From: Candidatus Pyrohabitans jungbluthii
Lineage (GTDB): Archaea > Hydrothermarchaeota > Hydrothermarchaeia > Hydrothermarchaeales > BMS3B
Assembly (NCBI GenBank): GCA_002010065.2
Contig: MTMD02000002.1
Coordinates: 544,001-608,000, forward strand
Reading direction: 5' to 3'
DNA: 64,000 nucleotides
The notes beneath the pieces were generated by a model, which did no database searches, was not told the origin of the DNA, and saw nothing but the letters and a program-made list of their open reading frames with translations. Made by a program: the position numbers and the translations under genes. Shown here one piece after another: positions 19,102 to 26,760 of the stretch; within the stretch, counting starts at the first letter, position 1, and each line of letters opens with the position of its first letter.

Positions 19102-19716
19102 TTATCCCTTCTTTCCCAGGTTTTTCAATCGGTTAAATAACTTTTTCATCAATCTTACTTCATTTTTACCATTTGCAGCATATATATTTTGGTTTTCAGG
19201 TATTACATAATTAAAAACTTTAGCAAGGCAGTCATCACAGAAATATAGTGACTTTTTGTCTATTTCATAAACGCTGCTGGAGAACTTCATGTTGCAGTTC
19301 TCATTTGAGCAATGGTTTAATCCGAAGGTATGTCCCAGCTCATGAAGAGCCTCCTTCAGCAACCTTTCAAGGAAAATCTTAGAGTGGTATCCCCGGTAGT
19401 AACCCTCCATTAAGCGAACAGGTGAAATCACGGCGCACCTCCCTCCCAGGGAAGCTAATCCAAAAATATAGTCAAAGTTCGCAACTGTTATGTCCCTACT
19501 AATAACACCAAGCACTTTATCAGCTTTTGTGAATCGTATAGTGAGGTCGTCTAAAAGGATATCTGCAAGCACCTGCCCCCTTTCATTAAACCAAAGAGGC
19601 AGTTCTTCCGGCGGAGAAATCAAAACATTTTCAAAATACTCCTTCAACCTTAATTTCAGGTACTCAAGCCAGAACTTATTCACGTCACCAATTGGAAGAA
19701 TTTCAAGAGCTACCAC
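19102..19716 (-). CDS. amzA: Archaemetzincin (M54 zinc metalloprotease)
   Basis: KEALHELGHTFGLNHC..NCNMKFS...DKK...FCDDC. Confidence 0.92.
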   Translation of the reverse strand: MVALEILPIGDVNKFWLEYLKLRLKEYFENVLISPPEELPLWFNERGQVLADILLDDLTIRFTKADKVLGVISRDITVANFDYIFGLASLGGRCAVISPVRLMEGYYRGYHSKIFLERLLKEALHELGHTFGLNHCSNENCNMKFSSSVYEIDKKSLYFCDDCLAKVFNYVIPENQNIYAANGKNEVRLMKKLFNRLKNLGKKG

Positions 19717-19818
19717 GCCTAAACCCTGTGAGAGTAACCCGTTAAAATTTTTTTATACTAATATAAAATCAGCCCAATATATGCCCTATTGCGCCGGTCA
19801 GAGGGTAAAAATTCTAGG

Positions 19819-21117
19819 CTAAGAGAAGCCCCACTTCCTCAGCTCTGCCTTCGCTTTCCTCCTTTTACCTTCTAATCTCGCTATCTTCTCCTCTGTCAGG
19901 GCGATGTAATCCTTAAGCTGCTTCTCAAGTTTTTCCACTTTCGCCAGCTCTATGCGTGACCTCTCATCGCTGCTCTCTCCAGAGAGTGAGTCTTTAAAAT
20001 CGTAATACTTCTCCAGGCACTTCTCCATTATTCTGCGCAGACTGAAGCCGCCTAGGAGAATCATGGCATCAACGCTCTTACTCTCGGGAGAGGTGATCAA
20101 GCTGGTGTACCTCAGAATCCCTCCTCGCCCGCCTGCCAGGTGCTTCACAGCCCACTCGCGGGAGATGTCCTCTAAATCTTCCTGGGTAATCTCACCCTTC
20201 AGCACCTTCTCTTCAGGGGCGATAACTATTATGTAGGCCATTGTGGCGGTGCCCTTGTCCAGGGGTACCATTGCGTTGTTGGAAGCGCTCTCTAGGATTG
20301 CGTCCAGGCTGAGCACATCTGGGTCATTCCCAAGGCTCAGGCAAGGGGTGAAATGGATTGTCCCTAAATTGCTGGGGAGCTGATAGTAGTCTGCGATATC
20401 TATCGTTGCCTTCGAGGCATAGGTGCTGGGCGCAATCAGCATGTGTATCGCCCTTATAATCTCCTCGTTTATCCTCTGGTAGCGCTCCTCCTTCTGCCCC
20501 CGCCCTAGGTCGAGAATATGCTCCACCTGTGAGTTGTCCACAAGGATTACCAACGCAGCGTTCTGCTCGCCGTTATAGCGCAACAACCTTGAGAGGCCAC
20601 AGATGGCGTTGAAATGCCTCTGCGGAGCCTCAAAGTCATAGGGAAAGATGCCCAGCGCTATGAAGTTGTTTATCCTCTCCATGCCGAAGCCAGGGTTCCT
20701 CCTAACTCTGTGGATGATGTAGGGTAGCGACCCGTTGCCTGTGCCTCCTCCCAGGGTAGCGATACCAAGGAGCACATCGCTGCTCCGAAGCCTTAAGCTT
20801 GCGATGTATCTTCGTATGTTCTCGTAATCCTCAATTGCTTCTCTTTCGCCAAGAACCCAGTTGTTACCCGCGCCGCTTGGAGCCCTGCCAAAAATGCAAA
20901 CCCGCTCGCGTTTTATCTTCTCGTACTTTTCCCTCAGCTCGGGGCTCTGCGCAAAGATGTGCTCCAGCGGCTTCTCGGGCTTAACGTCCGCCGGCGTTGT
21001 ATTGAGGAGAAGCACTCTATCGCCGATGCTCGGATTTTTATACTTCGCGTAGTAAAGAAAGGCTATGCGGTTTGCGCCCTGTCCGCTCGCTATTATACCC
21101 CATCTTGTAGCTTGCAT
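19819..21117 (-). CDS. Divergent tubulin/FtsZ-superfamily GTPase with tubulin-like motifs
   Basis: T1 SGQGANRI; T3 SGAGNNW..G; T4 TLGGGTGNG; FNA; LVDN; INEEI; T7 TIDIAD; C-terminal helical/coiled-coil extension. Confidence 0.9.
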   Translation of the reverse strand: MQATRWGIIASGQGANRIAFLYYAKYKNPSIGDRVLLLNTTPADVKPEKPLEHIFAQSPELREKYEKIKRERVCIFGRAPSGAGNNWVLGEREAIEDYENIRRYIASLRLRSSDVLLGIATLGGGTGNGSLPYIIHRVRRNPGFGMERINNFIALGIFPYDFEAPQRHFNAICGLSRLLRYNGEQNAALVILVDNSQVEHILDLGRGQKEERYQRINEEIIRAIHMLIAPSTYASKATIDIADYYQLPSNLGTIHFTPCLSLGNDPDVLSLDAILESASNNAMVPLDKGTATMAYIIVIAPEEKVLKGEITQEDLEDISREWAVKHLAGGRGGILRYTSLITSPESKSVDAMILLGGFSLRRIMEKCLEKYYDFKDSLSGESSDERSRIELAKVEKLEKQLKDYIALTEEKIARLEGKRRKAKAELRKWGFS

Positions 21118-21121
21118 GCTT

Positions 21122-22495
21122 TCAACCTTTGAGCTTTAATGTTTTCTTCTCAAATTTAACCTCTGGATGTGTTTCGCTATAGCGTTTGAGGAAATCCTCG
21201 GCATAGCGCACCTTGAGTTCCTCTGCACTCACCTCGCCATTCTCCCTGAGCTTCTGCTCTATAATCTTTTCTATCGCCGGGTAGTTTTTAGCTATCTTCA
21301 CAGTCTTATATCTGGTGTCAAATTCGCCAGATAGGGTCTTAAGCACATCAAGCGCTTCCTTTGAAAACTTGGAGAAATCCTTTCTGGGGTCAAGCTTTGA
21401 GACGTACCTCTCAACCCCCTTCCTTCTTACCCCAGCCACCTCCAGCTTTTTCAGCTCTTCTTCTAGGGCTACAATCTCCCTTGCGAGGGCTCTAGCAACC
21501 TCAAGCGTGAGCCTCTTTGCTTCTTCCCTGAGGGTGCTTAGTTCGCTGAGGTAGCCAGGGTCATCATAGCTCAGCACCTTCTCCCTAAGGCTTAAAACTG
21601 CGCGCTCCTCCTTTACAAAGTCCTCCTTGATAAACTTGAGAAGGCGCTCCAGGTAGCTAATTATCTCCTTCTTTTCCTGCAGGAAGGGCTTTGTAAGGTA
21701 GCTTGCAGCCTCGCTTCGCACCTTCTGAAGCTTGGGTATAACCTCTACGCTATGTCGGCGCTCCTTAACTATCTCAAGCTCCTTTCTCAGGTGAACAACC
21801 TCAGCAGAGATGCTTTCGGCTGTATCTAGGAGAAACTCCGCTTCGCTGATGCACTTCTGAATTATCTTCAGATATACCTCCTCGCTTCGTCTGCGCTTTT
21901 CAAGTAGCTCTCCCAGCGTAGCGGAGGGCATCTTCACTATTCGTCTCAGCTCTTCGTACTCCTCGCCCACAGAGAATCCGCTCTCAACCAAAGCTTTCGC
22001 GGCGCTGAGCAACTCTTCCATCCTCTTCGCTGCTGCTTCACCATAGCTCGCAGCAGCCAGCGACTCCAGGCTGCGAAGCTGCTGCTCAACTTTCCTGCTC
22101 TCCAGCTCAATCGCGGTGAGCGTCACCTTTTCAATTTTCTTCTCGTTTACCTCAAAGTCCTTCGTGAAGAATCCTTTTGATATAAGCTCCTTCCTTATCC
22201 TCTTCAAATCCCTCATAAAGGGCTCAATGTCGATAAACTCAGAGGCTTCTTTTATGTTATCTTCTATCTTATCCAGCGCACTCCTAATTTTGTTCAGAAT
22301 TTCAATTTTAAGAAGCATTACGGTCTTGTCGGTCTTGCTCTTCCACCAGGTGTAAATTAGGCTAGCAATGAGCACGGATACTATTACTCCAACCGCAAGG
22401 TAGGATACAAAGTTTATTCCAAATGTGAGGAGCAGGAACAAGCCTGCACCCAGCGTGGCAAGGACTACCAGGGCGGTTATCACATATTCGTTCAT
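21122..22495 (-). CDS. Membrane-anchored long coiled-coil protein
   Basis: Two N-terminal TM helices followed by about 400 aa of E/K/L-rich helical sequence; gaps of 2-4 nt to the flanking tubulin-like genes. Confidence 0.82.
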   Translation of the reverse strand: MNEYVITALVVLATLGAGLFLLLTFGINFVSYLAVGVIVSVLIASLIYTWWKSKTDKTVMLLKIEILNKIRSALDKIEDNIKEASEFIDIEPFMRDLKRIRKELISKGFFTKDFEVNEKKIEKVTLTAIELESRKVEQQLRSLESLAAASYGEAAAKRMEELLSAAKALVESGFSVGEEYEELRRIVKMPSATLGELLEKRRRSEEVYLKIIQKCISEAEFLLDTAESISAEVVHLRKELEIVKERRHSVEVIPKLQKVRSEAASYLTKPFLQEKKEIISYLERLLKFIKEDFVKEERAVLSLREKVLSYDDPGYLSELSTLREEAKRLTLEVARALAREIVALEEELKKLEVAGVRRKGVERYVSKLDPRKDFSKFSKEALDVLKTLSGEFDTRYKTVKIAKNYPAIEKIIEQKLRENGEVSAEELKVRYAEDFLKRYSETHPEVKFEKKTLKLKG

Positions 22496-22497
22496 TT

Positions 22498-23697
22498 TTA
22501 AGCCTCGCTCTCAAGGAAATCTTTCTCGTATTCCTCAAGTACGCGCAGGGAGATATCTTTGTACTGGCTTGCAAGCTGGCTCAACGTCTTCAGGCGAGAA
22601 ATCTGATTTGGGCGGTAGGTTAGCAACACAGTCGCCGTCGCTAGGTTGCGCTTTGTCAGGGCGACGCCGAAGTGGGTCTCTCCAAGGCGAGAGTGCTCCT
22701 CCATCACCTGCTTAGCCATGCTGGTGTTTATCCTGCCGCGCTTTGTCAGGTAAACAGGGGGGATGCGCAGCAGCACAAGGTTCTTCTCCGCGTGCTCTGG
22801 TCTAACGTCGGCGAGGGTGAGCTTCATGAAGCTCCTGTAGAGCAGGGAGATGACATCTATCTCCTTATACCCGCCGAAGGGGAAGATATAGTGCAGAAAG
22901 TTTCTCGTTCTCTCAGAAGCTCTGCCTAGGGCTGCGAAGCCAGGACGAGTGCGCTTTCCAAAGGAGAAGCTTGTCGCGGCTATCATGTCCTTGAGGTCAA
23001 TCACAGGAGCGTAGCCCTCGTACTGCGATGGGTCCACACGTTCTATCACAGTGCCTATGAGAATGTCCCGTATGCTCCTAGCAACGTACTCATTGTACCT
23101 CTGGAACAAGCTCTCGGCACTTTCTGCGTACGCAAGCTTCTGGTTGTCTACCAGAATCACAGAGTCCACGTGCTCTATGATCAGGTTTAAGCTTTCCACC
23201 GCATTTTTCGCTGTAAGACCGCCCTCATGCGTTGCTGGCAGCACAACTATGGCGATAACCGGAATTCTCATCTCCTTCAAAACGCTCGCAACCACAGGTC
23301 CAGCCCCACTCCCGGTGCCACCACCCAGAGCAAAGGCAACAAAAGCCACGGGCACGCCTATACCCGAGCCCTCCTCGCTCTCGATGCTTAACCTCTCCAC
23401 AATCGCCTCCTTCAGGTTGTCCCTGAAGCGCATGGCATCTTCCTCTGCCTTTGCGCGGTTCTTCCCGTAGCCCCCGCTCACAAAGTGCTCAAAGCCGTGG
23501 AGTGTGCCCGGGATGAACCCTCTATCCCTTGACATTCCAATCCAGTGCTCTCGCTTTATGTTTTTGAGTGTCTGCAGGTCTAGGGTAGCCGAGTTTATGG
23601 CTATGGGCACGGCTATTTTGAACATTATCTCATCATAAAAAGCAGCGTCTATTATTGCTCCGCCGCACTGTCCCACACCTATAAAAGCGTATGGCAT
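22498..23697 (-). CDS. CetZ-like tubulin/FtsZ-family GTPase
   Basis: Start set at ATG 23697 (GGTGA RBS). IGVGQCGG, AINSA..DL, GGYGKN, FALGGGTGSG, LPA..EG, KNA, LVDN, VIDLKD, GFAALG. Confidence 0.9.
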   Translation of the reverse strand: MPYAFIGVGQCGGAIIDAAFYDEIMFKIAVPIAINSATLDLQTLKNIKREHWIGMSRDRGFIPGTLHGFEHFVSGGYGKNRAKAEEDAMRFRDNLKEAIVERLSIESEEGSGIGVPVAFVAFALGGGTGSGAGPVVASVLKEMRIPVIAIVVLPATHEGGLTAKNAVESLNLIIEHVDSVILVDNQKLAYAESAESLFQRYNEYVARSIRDILIGTVIERVDPSQYEGYAPVIDLKDMIAATSFSFGKRTRPGFAALGRASERTRNFLHYIFPFGGYKEIDVISLLYRSFMKLTLADVRPEHAEKNLVLLRIPPVYLTKRGRINTSMAKQVMEEHSRLGETHFGVALTKRNLATATVLLTYRPNQISRLKTLSQLASQYKDISLRVLEEYEKDFLESEA

Positions 23698-23777
23698 GAT
23701 TTCACCAGCTTGCTCTGAGGTAACCTCGCTGTTCGCTTTTATATTTATTTCAAAGGTCAAATATAAAATATTATTGC
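23698..23777. promoter_or_regulatory. 80-bp divergent promoter between the tubulin operon and the surface-protein pair
   Basis: AT-rich, with TTTATATTTATTT and AAATATAAAATA TATA-like elements between head-to-head starts. Confidence 0.55.
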
Positions 23778-24728
23778 ATGGGCTCAAGGGTGCTTCTTCT
23801 CATTCTGTTCACGATTTCGTTGATTCCCAGTGTTCATTCTCTGGACTGTGGAGATGTCCTCGCGGAGCTTCGTGGCTTCACTTCGTCAGCCTTCGCTGCC
23901 TATCCAGAGCTTAGGCAGGTGAAGCAGGATACCTTGCTTCTGCTCTACTCCCAGCAACGCACAGCATGCGACATTCAGCTTTTGAACTTTGCCTCCTCTT
24001 CCATGGAGTATCTCAAAAGCATGGATGCCGCCTACCTTCTTGTAAGCAGCGCTGAGCTGGAGTCTCAGAGGGAGGGGGTGAAGAAGGCGATAGAGGCTGA
24101 GAGGTTTATCTCTGAGATGCGCTCAGATAGCACTGAGCTGGGAATCCTCGCTCAAGATGCGGTGCAAGAGGCTGAACAGGGGAGGGAGAACTTCCTACTT
24201 TCGCAGGCTCTGACCTTCGAGAGTAGGGCTGAGAAGGCTGAGAGCACAAGGGATAAGCTGGCAAACTTTGAGCTCGCCATAGCTTGCTACGAGGCGGCAG
24301 ACGCTCTTCAGGCGAATAGCTTGAAGGTCAGAAAGCAGAGCTTAGAGGAGAAGTACATAGCTGACATAGTGGCAGCGCAGGAGTACCTGAGCGAAGCAAT
24401 AGCTTTGCTCACGCGCGCAGAAAAGCTTGAGGTCGCCTTCCTCGGCTTTGTGGACGCGTACACCTTAGCAAGGGAAGCAAAGATGAGCCTTGTCAGGGCT
24501 AAAGAACTTTACCAGCTTCATCACGAGAAGGAGAAGCTGGCGGAGGTTGAGGAGGTCTCTATTAATGCTGAAGAAGTCTACTCCTCAACCAGAAAGAGGA
24601 TTCTGATGCTATTTGCCATTGTTTCTCTAACTCTCACCTCGCTTTCGGTGTACATCCACAGCATAATTCTAAGCTGGGAAAGGGATACCTATGACTGCTA
24701 TCTTGGTAACGAGCTTGTGGGGGCATAG
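23778..24728 (+). CDS. Single-pass membrane protein with alpha-helical ectodomain and short conserved cytoplasmic tail
   Basis: Signal peptide (VHS|LDC), Ala/Glu-rich helices, C-terminal TM, tail WERDTYDCYLGNELVGA. Confidence 0.8.
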   Translation: MGSRVLLLILFTISLIPSVHSLDCGDVLAELRGFTSSAFAAYPELRQVKQDTLLLLYSQQRTACDIQLLNFASSSMEYLKSMDAAYLLVSSAELESQREGVKKAIEAERFISEMRSDSTELGILAQDAVQEAEQGRENFLLSQALTFESRAEKAESTRDKLANFELAIACYEAADALQANSLKVRKQSLEEKYIADIVAAQEYLSEAIALLTRAEKLEVAFLGFVDAYTLAREAKMSLVRAKELYQLHHEKEKLAEVEEVSINAEEVYSSTRKRILMLFAIVSLTLTSLSVYIHSIILSWERDTYDCYLGNELVGA

Positions 24729-24729
24729 C

Positions 24730-26760
24730 ATGCGCTTCTTGAGTATTCTTCTTGTTACGCTCTTACTCTTCGCCTCACCTGTGAGCGCCCAGGTTACGGC
24801 AAGCTTTGACTATGATGAGGTGGACTTTTACTTCGACAAGCCCAAAAATGAGGTCTCCTATTTTGAGGAGAACTTAACCTTGGAGTTCTTCAATGCAGAC
24901 AATGAGAGCGCAGCGATACTCTCTGGTCTTGAGGCAACGCTCTCTGGCGAGGCGAAGGATAAGGGCATGAGTGTTGTCCTCGAGAAGAGCTATCTTCGGG
25001 TTGAACCCAACGATAAATCTTACCTCACCATTTCCTTCCGTGCACCCCCAAGCGTGCCTGAGGGCAGGTATGAAGCGAAGCTTGAGGTTAAGGGCAACTA
25101 CACTTACATTACCAAGCAGGGTGTCCACACCCTACTCCATGAATTCTACATCACAGTAAATGTTGACCACCCACCTGCGACGCTTGCGGCGAGCTGGGAC
25201 CTTGCGGAATGGGGAAAGCTCAGAGCAGGGCAGAGCTTTGAGCGCACCCTCACCGTGAGGGAGGTTTATGGGTACGCTGGGGCAAGCAACGTTACGCTCT
25301 ATCTCTCAAGAACAGGACCCGTGAACCTCACCTACACCTCGAGCTTAGGGGATATACCCGCAGGAGGGTCAAAGAGCATTAAGGTTAAGGTTCAGGTACC
25401 TGAGAGGTACCTTAGGCCGGGAGACTACAAAGTTGTTCCAAAGATTGTGAAAGATTACAAAACGCAGGTGTCAACGCTTGAGCAGGCTAACTATACCATC
25501 CCAAAGCCAGAGATGGCGATTTCCACCACTAAGTTAAATTTCGGCAGGCTCACCTTTGAGGTTGGCAAGGATACAGCGACAGCAAGCATAACTGTCAGCG
25601 AGGTTGGTGGCTACACTCCAATCGAGGGTTTGAGCATCTCTCTGGTTAAGGGGGAGGAGGGGTGGGTGGGCTACACCCAGGTTAACTACATTCCCCCAGG
25701 GAGGAATGCAACAGTAAACTTTACCCTTATCCTGCCCCCGGATGCAAGCCTCGGAAAAAAAAGCTGGATTTTTGAAATAACTACTGTGCATGCCGGGAGT
25801 GTGGAGATTCTTGGGGAGGCTATAGTGTATTTCCCAGGTTTGGATGAGGCGGAGCGTTCCCTCGCTGCCCTGCCCTCGCTGCCCTCTCATCCAGAGGTCA
25901 AAGAGGCGGTGCAGAACCTGCGGGAGATGATAGCAGCCTCTAGGGATGTAACCGAACTCAGGGAGATAGCAATGGTCATGTCGGTGTACAGCGGCGTTAG
26001 CTCTTTTGTGAATATCCTAGCAGGTGCTGAAGGTAAGCCCCTTGAGGAACGCGTTGAGAGCATTATACTTGCAAAGAGGAGTCTCAACAGAGCAAAGATA
26101 GGAAGCGAGAACCTGGAGGACAGGAACTTAAAGAAGTACGCTATACCCGCGGTTGAAGCCTTAGAGAACGTGTGGAAAAGGGAGGCAGGCTCAGCAGCAG
26201 AGGCTCTTGAGGCTGTGGTAAAGCAGAAGGAGGAAAGCGATTACCGTGGCGCAGCGCTGGACTACAAGAGGCTTAAGACGCTTTATTCGCTGCTCGGTGA
26301 AGCTGAGAGTGCGAAGGAGTACGCCTCAAAGCAGGAGGAGATGGAGCGTGCCTATTTCAACTCCCTATCTGAGGCGATGTCCCTCCTCAGGCTTGCGGAG
26401 GAAAATGTAAGCGCAGCTAGAAGGCTCACCTTCAATATAAAGGAAGCCTCCTTTGTTATCAACCCCTTCCATTACGAGGCGGTTATGGCTTACTACGATG
26501 ATGCTCTCTCCAGCGTTGAGAGGGCAAGGCTTCTTCTTGACAGGGCGGGCGAAGATGAGGAGGCGAAGCTGCTTCAGAGGAGGATGAAAGAGCTCAAAGA
26601 CAGGAAGCGCACCATTGAGAGAACCTTCAGGGTCTACCTTGCCTTCCTCACCCTCTTCTTCCTGTGGTTTGTGGCGAGGGTGACTCTGGGTCTGCTGCGC
26701 TGGATTCGTGACTCGGAGGCTCTTGCAGAGGGCGACGTGCTCCTTGGGGCCGAGGGTTAA
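24730..26760 (+). CDS. Single-pass membrane protein: about 3 Ig-like domains, helical stalk, TM and conserved tail
   Basis: Start set at ATG 24730 (signal peptide VSA|Q). Ig-like repeats (PEGRY, PGDY, V.EV.GY), helical region, TM, tail WIRDSEALAEGDVLLGAEG. Confidence 0.82.
   Translation: MRFLSILLVTLLLFASPVSAQVTASFDYDEVDFYFDKPKNEVSYFEENLTLEFFNADNESAAILSGLEATLSGEAKDKGMSVVLEKSYLRVEPNDKSYLTISFRAPPSVPEGRYEAKLEVKGNYTYITKQGVHTLLHEFYITVNVDHPPATLAASWDLAEWGKLRAGQSFERTLTVREVYGYAGASNVTLYLSRTGPVNLTYTSSLGDIPAGGSKSIKVKVQVPERYLRPGDYKVVPKIVKDYKTQVSTLEQANYTIPKPEMAISTTKLNFGRLTFEVGKDTATASITVSEVGGYTPIEGLSISLVKGEEGWVGYTQVNYIPPGRNATVNFTLILPPDASLGKKSWIFEITTVHAGSVEILGEAIVYFPGLDEAERSLAALPSLPSHPEVKEAVQNLREMIAASRDVTELREIAMVMSVYSGVSSFVNILAGAEGKPLEERVESIILAKRSLNRAKIGSENLEDRNLKKYAIPAVEALENVWKREAGSAAEALEAVVKQKEESDYRGAALDYKRLKTLYSLLGEAESAKEYASKQEEMERAYFNSLSEAMSLLRLAEENVSAARRLTFNIKEASFVINPFHYEAVMAYYDDALSSVERARLLLDRAGEDEEAKLLQRRMKELKDRKRTIERTFRVYLAFLTLFFLWFVARVTLGLLRWIRDSEALAEGDVLLGAEG

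Noticed and set aside
19819-23697. Calling either GTPase FtsZ
   Set aside because: Both have GQ in T1 rather than GGGG, lack the NTD, GAG.NP and INxDFAD motifs, and have no FtsZ-type neighbours.
23698-23787. 30-aa N-terminal extension of the CetZ-like ORF
   Set aside because: It crosses the divergent promoter and the opposite gene's start; ATG 23697 has an RBS and directly precedes the T1 motif.
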